Shown here: positions 28,112-36,809 of the stretch, in pieces
Numbering within the stretch: the first letter of the stretch is position 1
Layout of the letters: each line of letters begins with the position of its first letter
From: an uncultured Ignavibacteria bacterium
GTDB lineage: Bacteria > Zixibacteria > MSB-5A5 > UBA10806 > 4484-95
DNA: 42,503 nucleotides
Direction of reading: 5' to 3'
Assembly (NCBI GenBank): GCA_964614835.1
Contig: CAZTNJ010000003.1
Coordinates: 1 to 42,503 of the forward strand
Program-made: the position numbers and the translations under genes
The notes under the pieces: model-generated
What the model was told of the DNA's origin: nothing
The model's input: the letters and a program-made list of their open reading frames with translations, nothing else
Databases searched by the model: none

Positions 28112-28683
28112 TCATCGGTATATCAGGCTCGGCCACACCCGATAGTTCGACCGACATCCTCATAAATGAAGTTTTACGAGGAGCCGCCGACAATAAAAAG
28201 CATCAGAAATTTATTCGTCTTAACGAATCCCGAATACTCCCGTGTCAGGCTTGCGGCAAATCGCCCGAGCCGGATTTGTGTTTTTTTCACGATGACGCCT
28301 ACCGGATTCTTAAGCTGTTGACCGCCGCCGATGCGATAGTTTTGGGGTCGCCCATATATTTTGATTCAGTTTCGGCCCAAACCAAGTTATTTATAGACCG
28401 CAGCAATTGCCTCCGCCCGGCCGATTTCACCGATCGAAATATTCAAAAATTCCGACCGCCTCTGTTGGCCGGAAAAAAGGGCGGTTTTGTGCTGGTGGCG
28501 GGCGACTATGGCAAATTTGATTCGGCTCTGAAAACGATGCGGGCTTTTTTCATTTGGGCCGGAATCGAAATCAGATTCGAATTAACTTATCAAACTAAAA
28601 GCTTGGAATTTGGCGAGGTGAGTAAGGACAGCGGTACTTTATTAAAGGCTTTTAATATGGGAAAGCTAATAGCCGAATCATAA
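28108..28683 (+). CDS. Flavodoxin-like NAD(P)H-dependent FMN reductase / iron-sulfur flavoprotein-like
   Basis: MIIGISGSATPDSSTD.., ..CQACGKS.., AIVLGSPIYFDSVSAQTKLFIDR. ATGA overlap with the DUF5683 gene. Confidence 0.78.
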   Translation: MIIGISGSATPDSSTDILINEVLRGAADNKKHQKFIRLNESRILPCQACGKSPEPDLCFFHDDAYRILKLLTAADAIVLGSPIYFDSVSAQTKLFIDRSNCLRPADFTDRNIQKFRPPLLAGKKGGFVLVAGDYGKFDSALKTMRAFFIWAGIEIRFELTYQTKSLEFGEVSKDSGTLLKAFNMGKLIAES

Positions 28684-28692
28684 AGACAACCA

Positions 28693-31600
28693 CTACGCGT
28701 TAACCTTAACCACTGTATCGGCCCCGCTTGGTTTAGACGATATTTTGGCCAGGGCTCCAAGAACGCCCTCTTTGATATAGGGTTTGTAGATAACCCCATT
28801 TGCTTGTCCGATGTATTCTTCAAATTCATGCCTGATCGGTCCAACACATGATAATAATATTGCGGTCTCCGGAAAGTTTTTCTTGAGATAATCGATTGTT
28901 TTAGCAAAATCCATCAAACCCGGATGGCTGGCATCTAATATAACCAGGTCGCTGTCGAACATCTCGCCCTTGGCGATTAGTTCTTCTCCCCATTGCAGGA
29001 TTTCGCATCGGGCGCCGAGTTTTTTAAATATTTCCGCTAAATCATCCGAGTACTTCCGATAAAAATCAATGATTGTAACGCGTTCGAAGTTTTTAATTAT
29101 TGTTTTTTGAGCGCCATATATCGAATGCCCCAGACTTATCGGCAGCAAAACCGTAAACTCGGTGCCGATTCCCTCGATGCTTTTGACATGAATTTTCCCG
29201 CCATGATTTTCAACAATATTATTGCTGATAGAAAGACCAAGTCCTGTGCCCTTGGCTTTTTCCGGACCCCAGACTCCCTTGGTACTATAAAACGGATCGA
29301 ATATTTTACCGAGGTTTTCCTTACTAATACCGATTCCGTTATCGGATATTTCTACATAAGCATTCTCGATATCGTGCCAGACGCTAATCGAGATAATGCC
29401 GTTTTCGGCGACAGCATGGATCGCGTTGATTAATATGTTGAGAAACACCTGCTGAAGCTGATTAGGCGAACCATAAATTAAAGGCGTATCATTATAATTG
29501 GTAATCAGGTGGATATTTTTATTCTTCAGTTCTTTGTTAATCAACCTGACAATATCCTTAAGGATTTGGGTGAGATTGACTTCTCCCATGCCCTCGCTGC
29601 CTTTGCGGCCGGAATATGAAAGAAGTGATTGAACCAATTCGGTTGCCTGATCCGCCGCCCTGACGGCATCGTCAAGCCCCTTCTTGAACAGCTCATTGTC
29701 ATGGCTGTTGTTTTGCACCAGCGACAAATTACCGACAATACCGCAGAGCAAATTATTGAATTCGTGGGCAACACCGGCCGCTAAAACCCCGATGGCCGCC
29801 ATTTTTTCCGATTGGATCACCTGCTCTTCGAGCCGTTTTTTCTCGGTTATATCAATGCTTACTCCATCGATACGCTTTATTGCGCCGGAACTATCAAGAC
29901 CGGGTGATATTAACATTGATACAGTTTTCAATGAACCGTCGCGATGGATTATTTTTATTTCCATCGAGACTGGCGCTTTGGTCCGCATAAGTTCTTTAAT
30001 TGATATCATTAACTGCGCCATTGATTCTTGAGTCGCTAATTCTCTGGGCAATAACGGATTATTCATCAATTCGTCCGCAGTATAACCAGTTAACCCCTCT
30101 ACCGTGGGACTGACCAGCAATAGTTTATCGCTTTTAACATCGAAACTCCAGATCGTGACTGGGGCCGTTTCGATCAAGTTGCGGTATTTTTCCTCGGAGG
30201 CCCGGATTATTTCTTCGGACAATTTACTTTCGGTGATGTCCCGGATACTTTCAATCGCGCCGACAATATTGCCCCGTGAGTCGCGGAGCGGTGTGGCCAC
30301 GCCCCTAAGATATACCTCTCGTCCCGCCAGAGAATCGATATAGGCTTCCGCGCAAATCATCTCATCCTGTTTGGTAATTGAGCTGTAATTGCGCGTTAAC
30401 ACATCCGAAGGCAGGAGGACGAGATCGATCAATATCGGGCGTTTTTTACCATAGAACGGCAGGGCGTATTCATAATCCCCTTTTCCGACAATATCGCAGG
30501 CGGCAACGCCGGTCATCTTTTCCATCGCTCGGTTCCATGCGATAACGACGCCATTTTTATCGATAACAAATGTGGCATCCGGCAGGAAATTGATTACATT
30601 GGCAAGTAGGCGCTCCGATTCGGCCAGGGCCTCTCTTGCCTGCTTCTCTTCGGTAATATCGTAATAAGAACCCAGTATCCCGATTACCTGGCCAGCGGTA
30701 TCCATCAGAGGTGTTTTATTAATTCTAATAACCCGTTTGCGCCCATCGGGCAACGTCAGCGGTTCTTCATAGTCTAATTTGGGGGCGCCCGTTTCGATTA
30801 CCAGGCGGTCGTCGGCATGATATTGATCGGCATGATCTTTCCAGCTCAACTCCGAATCGCTTTTGCCGACTACTTCCGATATCGAATTTAATCCCGTATC
30901 TTCGGCAAAGGCCCGGTTGCAGCCGAGATATTTCATATTAGTGTCTTTCCAGAAAACCCTCACTGGAATATTATCTAAAACTGTCCGGAGAATCTGGCGG
31001 GATTCACGCAGTTCTTTTTCGATATTTTTCCGGTCGGTTACATCGCTGGCAAATATCAGGCTGGCGGGTTTCCCTTCCCAAGAAATCTTTACTGCATTTA
31101 CTTCAAGCCATTTAATTTGTTGATTCCGGCAAATTATCCGCAATTTATAATTGCTCGTTAATGGTAAACCTTCCGGGCGATTCCGATGCCTATGTAAAAA
31201 CGTCTCGCGGTCATCCTGATAGATGTAATCGATGATGGGTTTTTCGATTAATTCCGACAACTCGCATCCGATTAGTTCGGCGCCTTTTACATTTGAAAAT
31301 TTAATTACGTCACCCTGAGCGACCAGGATAGCTTCATTCGCGTTTTCTATCAAAATTCGATACTTTTCTTCGGAGGCCCGAAGTTTTTCCTCTATCCGTT
31401 TCTTGTCCGTAATGTCTCTTAAGACATTAAATAAGATATTCCTGCCCTTGTAAGGTATAACGCTTAGTGCGACATCAACTACGATCAGCTCCCCGGCGGC
31501 GTTAAATCGGGTCCATTCAAAACGATGACCGCCGTTTTCGATCGCCAGCTGTATCATCTTCTGCTCCACCTCGCTTGATAATTGGCCATCGGGCTGATAT

Positions 31601-32277
31601 TTCGGCGCATATTGAGCCGGGTGTTGGCCTAATAAAGTTGCTTTATCCGCGAAACCAAGTAGCTTCAGCGCGGCTTCATTGCAATCAATATATACGCCAT
31701 TATCAATGAGCAGAATCGGGTCGGCCGACCTATAAAACAGCTGTTTGAATCTGCTTTCATCTTTTAGACTTTCAATCTCCGGTCCTGCTAAATCTTCAGA
31801 ATCTTCCAGTACCAGCGCGATTCGCGAAACGATGCCTTTCTTGAGATAGGTTGCTTTTCCTTTTAAACGGCAGGTCGTGATTAGTCCATCGCCCCTTCGT
31901 ATTTCGGTAATCAGTTTGTCCGGGGATGGATTTGAATCGAACTGCGCCAGGAATAATTTAAACTGGTTTTGGTATCCCGAAACCAGAATGTCGATAAATT
32001 TAGTACCTATAATCTGGGATTTTTTAAACTTGAGCGATTCAAGCCAGGATAGATTGGCGTCAAGGACGAAACCGTTATCATCAATTAAGCAGCAGGGGAT
32101 AGGTATACTCTCAAAGTTCAACTCATTTACCAAGTTGCCATCGCCAAATTGCGACTTGTAGGCATTGCGCTTTTTCGAAAAAAGATAAACTATAATTGCC
32201 GCGAGCAAAAGCGCGCCTGTTATTATCATCCCTATAACAAGATATTCTCGAGATATGTAAAATGAATCAATATTCAT
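28693..32277 (-). CDS. Multi-PAS hybrid sensor histidine kinase (1194 aa) with C-terminal receiver-like domain
   Basis: One N-terminal TM helix. Repeated PAS/PAC units (several ..DITE/DKK.. boundaries). HisKA AGVAHEFNNLL, HATPase N-box FLNILINAIHA and G-box GTGLGLS. Tail with DLVILDASHPG, ILLSCVG and IYKPY, which resemble REC motifs. Confidence 0.93.
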   Translation of the reverse strand: MNIDSFYISREYLVIGMIITGALLLAAIIVYLFSKKRNAYKSQFGDGNLVNELNFESIPIPCCLIDDNGFVLDANLSWLESLKFKKSQIIGTKFIDILVSGYQNQFKLFLAQFDSNPSPDKLITEIRRGDGLITTCRLKGKATYLKKGIVSRIALVLEDSEDLAGPEIESLKDESRFKQLFYRSADPILLIDNGVYIDCNEAALKLLGFADKATLLGQHPAQYAPKYQPDGQLSSEVEQKMIQLAIENGGHRFEWTRFNAAGELIVVDVALSVIPYKGRNILFNVLRDITDKKRIEEKLRASEEKYRILIENANEAILVAQGDVIKFSNVKGAELIGCELSELIEKPIIDYIYQDDRETFLHRHRNRPEGLPLTSNYKLRIICRNQQIKWLEVNAVKISWEGKPASLIFASDVTDRKNIEKELRESRQILRTVLDNIPVRVFWKDTNMKYLGCNRAFAEDTGLNSISEVVGKSDSELSWKDHADQYHADDRLVIETGAPKLDYEEPLTLPDGRKRVIRINKTPLMDTAGQVIGILGSYYDITEEKQAREALAESERLLANVINFLPDATFVIDKNGVVIAWNRAMEKMTGVAACDIVGKGDYEYALPFYGKKRPILIDLVLLPSDVLTRNYSSITKQDEMICAEAYIDSLAGREVYLRGVATPLRDSRGNIVGAIESIRDITESKLSEEIIRASEEKYRNLIETAPVTIWSFDVKSDKLLLVSPTVEGLTGYTADELMNNPLLPRELATQESMAQLMISIKELMRTKAPVSMEIKIIHRDGSLKTVSMLISPGLDSSGAIKRIDGVSIDITEKKRLEEQVIQSEKMAAIGVLAAGVAHEFNNLLCGIVGNLSLVQNNSHDNELFKKGLDDAVRAADQATELVQSLLSYSGRKGSEGMGEVNLTQILKDIVRLINKELKNKNIHLITNYNDTPLIYGSPNQLQQVFLNILINAIHAVAENGIISISVWHDIENAYVEISDNGIGISKENLGKIFDPFYSTKGVWGPEKAKGTGLGLSISNNIVENHGGKIHVKSIEGIGTEFTVLLPISLGHSIYGAQKTIIKNFERVTIIDFYRKYSDDLAEIFKKLGARCEILQWGEELIAKGEMFDSDLVILDASHPGLMDFAKTIDYLKKNFPETAILLSCVGPIRHEFEEYIGQANGVIYKPYIKEGVLGALAKISSKPSGADTVVKVNA

Positions 32278-32595
32278 TACCAGTTTCTCTTGATCCGATT
32301 ACCATGTGATACCCAACCGGCACAAAATTCCCAATTGCATAATTATTGACAAGAAAACTGTCACAAACCGTCTTTTTAAAAATCCATTTCGCCAAAAATA
32401 AGATACTCCAAATTTCATTTTTGCTATCAAACCAGGGTTTTCGGATTAATTGAAAACCCTTGATGGCTATCCACTATGGATGTTTCGGTAAATTATTGCG
32501 TTAATTTAGAATAACTTTACATGTCGATGCAACAAAACGTATCTTTTATAGACCAAATGGCAGAAATTCCGCCCCGTCGATTGTCGGGTGCAATT

Positions 32596-33636
32596 TTATT
32601 TGCCGGTATGAAGTATCTTTTGCCGATAGCCCCGAGCAGACTCCAGTTTTGCAGAGGCCCTTTTTTCCACAACTGGTGACAACGTATATGCCAGAATTTT
32701 ATCGAAATATTCAAGGGCTTTCCGCCTATCCCCTTTAATGTAATAAGCTTGTCCCAAATAATATCCACAGATTACAAGATTATAGTTGTTTTGATTCCCT
32801 TTTCTAATCAATCCGTCCTGGATCGTTTCGAAAGCGGTAATCATTCCATCGGCATCGGACTCTGCCTGGCATATTGTCGCCTTAAGCCAAAGCACTTGGC
32901 GGCCATCCTGACCAGCCATAATAAGACTATCAATTAGCTGGTTTGCCTTATAGTATTTTTTCTGGCTATAGTATATCCAGCCAAGACTTAGAGCGGCGGA
33001 TAGATTGCCATATTTTCCAAAAGCGACGGCCTTTTGAAGTTCGGCGATTCCCTGGTTTCGTTGGTCCGCCACAAACGGCAGACTTCGCAAAATCCCCAGT
33101 TTGGCCGAACGCAAATAATGAAAGAAACCCAGTCCCAGATAAGCATCATAAAATGTCGAATCAATTTCGGCTGTCCGGCCGAATAGCTTTCCTACTTTTA
33201 AACCGAGACTGAGCGTTTTAAACATGCTACCATGTTGGCCCTCCCAGACGGCTTTATAGCTGTAGGCCGTTCCCAGAAAAAACATCCCCCAGGGATCATC
33301 CGGCAGACTATCGAGATGTTTTTCCAGAGCACTGCATGATGAATCTATCATAGACATGAAATAGTCCTTGCGTATGTATGATTCGTCATCGGCCATTTCC
33401 ATATACACGATTCCGGCCTTAACTATGGTTGCCGGCCAAAATTCCGGCGTTCGTTTAAGTATACTGTCGAGACATCGGAAAGCCTGTGTAAAACTATCAG
33501 CATAGGCATAATTAAGCGCTTTTTGAATAAGGGAATCCTGATACGGATTTGGTTGATAGACCGATTTCGCCCCCGAGGTAATAGCCAGTCCGATAACTAA
33601 TAACGAGATAGCGATTGTCTTTAGTTGAAGCTTCAT
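32596..33636 (-). CDS. Secreted TPR-like repeat protein (hypothetical)
   Basis: Signal peptide MKLQLKTIAISLLVIGLAITSGA (ATG 33636; the track uses a TTG at 33645). Helical-repeat composition with recurrent A..Y/G..Y motifs. Confidence 0.75.
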   Translation of the reverse strand: MKLQLKTIAISLLVIGLAITSGAKSVYQPNPYQDSLIQKALNYAYADSFTQAFRCLDSILKRTPEFWPATIVKAGIVYMEMADDESYIRKDYFMSMIDSSCSALEKHLDSLPDDPWGMFFLGTAYSYKAVWEGQHGSMFKTLSLGLKVGKLFGRTAEIDSTFYDAYLGLGFFHYLRSAKLGILRSLPFVADQRNQGIAELQKAVAFGKYGNLSAALSLGWIYYSQKKYYKANQLIDSLIMAGQDGRQVLWLKATICQAESDADGMITAFETIQDGLIRKGNQNNYNLVICGYYLGQAYYIKGDRRKALEYFDKILAYTLSPVVEKRASAKLESARGYRQKILHTGK

Positions 33637-33871
33637 GCGGGTCAATATCGCAATCTTAGGATGCGTTGTCCATCAGTTTATATCGATGCTGTGCGATTTT
33701 TGCACTTTTATTCTCGTAACATGGATTTTGATTGTGGGGCTGAAAATCCTGTGTTTCGGGACAGTAAAAAAATTCTAGTGTTTCTAAATTAAATATCGAA
33801 AAACTTCTGACGAAATAACAAATAGGTATTCGTCGCTGACTTCGACCGGAACCATAATGGGTGGAGGAGCT

Positions 33872-35212
33872 ATGGCAAACATCATCGTAATTGACGATGA
33901 CAAAACTCTCCGAAAAAACCTCGCTTTTTATTTAAGAAGTCAGGGATATGATGTTGATATTGCTGAATCGGGCGAGGAGGGCGTTGAGAGGATAAAAGAA
34001 AAGTTTTACGATATCGTAATTACCGATTGTCGGATGGGGCAGATTTCGGGGCTTGAGTTGCTTAAAGCCACCCGTAAAATTCGTCCAGCCACGGATGTTG
34101 TCATTATTACCGGTTATGGCGATATCCCGATGGCGGTCGAGGCTATCCAGAACGGGGCCTGCGATTTTTTAAGCAAGCCTTTTGAATACGCTAAACTGCT
34201 TGATATTATCGAGAGAGCATTGTCCAATCGCGAAACAAAGGTTGTGGATAAGGACAATAAATACGAACGGATTATCACCAAATCCCAGAAAATGACGGAT
34301 ATTTTGGATTTGATTGCCAAAGCCGCCGATACATCGGTGGCCGTGCTTATCGAAGGCGAGCCGGGTACCGGTAAAGAGCTGGTAGCCCGTTCGATTCACG
34401 CCCGATCATGCCGCCGGGAAAAAGCTTTTGTGACGATCGAAAGCAGTACTCTTGATGAACAGGAGCTTCGTCAGGAATTATTTGGAAATTGGGACGAAAA
34501 AGAAAATGCCGACCCAGGTGGATTGGCCAAAGCAGACGGCGGTACGCTGTTTATCCGCGATATCGAAAGGCTGTCGCCAAACTTGCAGGCCCGTTTGCTG
34601 CATTTTATGCAGGATGGCTTTTTTACCACGCCGGAAAATTTCCAAAAAATTAAATCGGATGTTCGCATCATCTGTTCGAGCACAAAGAGCTTGAAAAAGA
34701 TGGCCGCGGCTGGTAGTTTCCGCGAAGATTTATTCTATGCGATCAATATCATGCCGATTTATATCCCGCCTTTACGCAATCGGGTGGCGGATATTTTCCC
34801 ATTAGTCAGCCATTTCCTCGAAAAGTATTCGGCCAAATTTAACAAGGATATCAAAGCTTTATCACCGGATGTTTTAGCCTGGATGCAGACTCATCAGTGG
34901 CCGGGCAATGTCGCCGAACTCGAAAACGTGATTGCGCGCGCAACGGCATTAGCAACTACCGAGTTCATCGATGAATCGCTGATATTTACATTACCGAAAG
35001 ACACCCCTGCCAGCGAGGAAGGGCCCGGATTCTTGAACCTGACCCTGCGCGACAATCAGAAAACCTTGATTTTAAAAGCGCTTCGCCAGAATAGCGGTAA
35101 TTTCTCGCGCACCGCCCAACAGTTGGGAATTTCCCGTACAACCCTGTGGCGGCGAATGAAAAAATTCCAGATTGATGAACCTGTCGATGAAAGGACAGCG
35201 ACAGAATCATAG
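33872..35212 (+). CDS. NtrC-family response regulator (REC, AAA+ and Fis-type HTH) with degenerate AAA+/sigma-54 contact motifs
   Basis: REC IIVIDDD..DIVITDCRMG..SKPF. Walker A GEPGTGKE. HTH SGNFSRTAQQLGISRTTLWRRMKKF. GAFTGA is absent (ELFGNWDEKENADPGGLAKADGGTLF), Walker B reads LFIRDI, and WPGNVAELEN replaces WPGNVRELEN. GGAGG lies directly upstream of the ATG at 33872. Confidence 0.9.
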   Translation: MANIIVIDDDKTLRKNLAFYLRSQGYDVDIAESGEEGVERIKEKFYDIVITDCRMGQISGLELLKATRKIRPATDVVIITGYGDIPMAVEAIQNGACDFLSKPFEYAKLLDIIERALSNRETKVVDKDNKYERIITKSQKMTDILDLIAKAADTSVAVLIEGEPGTGKELVARSIHARSCRREKAFVTIESSTLDEQELRQELFGNWDEKENADPGGLAKADGGTLFIRDIERLSPNLQARLLHFMQDGFFTTPENFQKIKSDVRIICSSTKSLKKMAAAGSFREDLFYAINIMPIYIPPLRNRVADIFPLVSHFLEKYSAKFNKDIKALSPDVLAWMQTHQWPGNVAELENVIARATALATTEFIDESLIFTLPKDTPASEEGPGFLNLTLRDNQKTLILKALRQNSGNFSRTAQQLGISRTTLWRRMKKFQIDEPVDERTATES

Positions 35213-35236
35213 GTATTTACGAATTTGATTTTTAAT

Positions 35237-35266
35237 AAAGGCGATCGGCAAGGGTCGCCTTTTTTA
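35237..35266. terminator. Intrinsic terminator between convergent regulator and gatD genes
   Basis: AAAGGCGA-tcggcaaggg-TCGCCTTT followed by TTTTATT. Confidence 0.65.
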
Positions 35267-35388
35267 TTCTTTTAATTGCGGGCGCCATGGACGATACCCC
35301 GACAGGGAAAAATTTCAATACGCATATGTTAAAAAAGGCGGTCCCGATTTTCCGGAAACGCCTTTCAAATTTTAAATCACTATCTATA

Positions 35389-36798
35389 TTACAATCGTAA
35401 TTTCCCGATAAACTCGTCAACCTCGGGCGACCCGCCTTGAAATATCAGATAACCATCAAACGGCTCGCGTTCGGTGATCTCGCCGGCAAAAGGAGTTAAC
35501 ATGAGCTCTTTGACTTTATCAAGATCATGGCTATGGCCCAGCGCCCAACCCAATTTCACATAGGCAACTTCAGGGAGCATATTTCCGGCGGGGACCACCC
35601 CCAGATGCATTAAATCGCGGCCGGTATCGTAAACGAACATCTGAACATAACCCCAGAGGGTCTGGACTGTCATATATACGGCCACTCCTTTTTTAACCGC
35701 GTTTTTCAGCGGTTCATAGAGCGGCTTGTTGACATGACCCAATCCGGTACCGGCGATAACGATTCCCTTATAGCCATTATCAACTAAGCTATCAATAATA
35801 TCCGGCTTCATGTTTGGATAGTAATAAACGATGCTAACTCGGTCATCAAACGCGGTATCAATTTTAATCTCACGGTCGTTACGTCTGTGTTTATAATCGG
35901 TTTTAATGGGAGTCATTTTACCTGGTTCGACCATCGCTAAAGGAACATCGCCGATTGTTCGGAATGTCGAACGATAGGAAGAATGCATTTTCCGTACTCT
36001 TGTACCCCGATGAAGCAGATTGTATTTATCCGAAGTTGGGCCAAACATACAAACCATGACCTCGGCAATATCGGCATGGGCCGCAGTCCAGACAGCGCAA
36101 CGAAGATTGAAAGCGGCATCCGATGACGGCCTATCCGATGAGCGCTGCGAACCGACCATTACAATCGGCACGGGGGAATTTTGCACCATAAACGACAAAA
36201 TACCGGCGGTGTGATGCATGGTATCGGTGCCGTGTCCGATCACTATGCCGCTGACGCCGTTTTTCACCTCGCGGCCAATAGCCTCGCCCAGACAGATCCA
36301 TTGTTCCGGTCCCATATTTTCGCTAAAAATCCCGAACAGCTTTTCAGTTTTGAGATTACAGATATCCGCCAACTCCGGCACGGCGCCATATAATTCGCCC
36401 GGACTAAAAGCCGGGATAACCGCGCCGGTACGATAATCGAGTCTTGATGCTATCGTGCCGCCTGTCCCTAAAAGCGTCACGTTTGGTTTTTCGGGATCAC
36501 TGGGGAAATCTTTTTCGGGAATCTTATAGTGAGCCTCTTTATAGCCGATCTCTTTTGCTTCTTTTATTGATGTCGCCAGAACGCCGATATTGTAGCCATT
36601 GTGCATTTTAAGCACAATATGACGGTCATTGGCGGTTTCCGAACGGGGCAAGATTACGCCCTTAAACGATCCCTTATCTGTAGTTATTTCCACGTCGGAC
36701 CACACCCGGACTCCAAGTTCTTTCAGCCTGGCGAGAGCAAGTCCTTTATACCCCTTGAAAGAGGCTGAATCATTTGCGTTATTTTCAGATTTTGCCAT
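35389..36798 (-). CDS. gatD: Glu-tRNA(Gln) amidotransferase subunit D, archaeal type (asparaginase-fold GatD)
   Basis: GatD-specific N-terminal domain (VEITTDKGSFKGVILPRSE..HIVLKMHNGYNIGV) followed by the asparaginase fold LLGTGGTIASRLDYRTG and IVIGHGTDTMHHTA. 469 aa. Lies 11 nt downstream of gatE. Confidence 0.88.
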   Translation of the reverse strand: MAKSENNANDSASFKGYKGLALARLKELGVRVWSDVEITTDKGSFKGVILPRSETANDRHIVLKMHNGYNIGVLATSIKEAKEIGYKEAHYKIPEKDFPSDPEKPNVTLLGTGGTIASRLDYRTGAVIPAFSPGELYGAVPELADICNLKTEKLFGIFSENMGPEQWICLGEAIGREVKNGVSGIVIGHGTDTMHHTAGILSFMVQNSPVPIVMVGSQRSSDRPSSDAAFNLRCAVWTAAHADIAEVMVCMFGPTSDKYNLLHRGTRVRKMHSSYRSTFRTIGDVPLAMVEPGKMTPIKTDYKHRRNDREIKIDTAFDDRVSIVYYYPNMKPDIIDSLVDNGYKGIVIAGTGLGHVNKPLYEPLKNAVKKGVAVYMTVQTLWGYVQMFVYDTGRDLMHLGVVPAGNMLPEVAYVKLGWALGHSHDLDKVKELMLTPFAGEITEREPFDGYLIFQGGSPEVDEFIGKLRL

Positions 36799-36809
36799 TT
36801 TTTCCGCCG

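Noticed and set aside
32467-32475. CTATCCACT, a 7/9 match to the DnaA box TTATCCACA, in the kinase/TPR intergenic region.
   Set aside because: It is a single degenerate copy with no cluster, no AT-rich unwinding element and no dnaA nearby. It is not an origin.
32517-32768. 83-aa minus-strand ORF overlapping the 3' end of the TPR-like gene.
   Set aside because: It is out of frame with and overlapped by a longer gene that has a signal peptide and repeat structure. It has no start context or motif.
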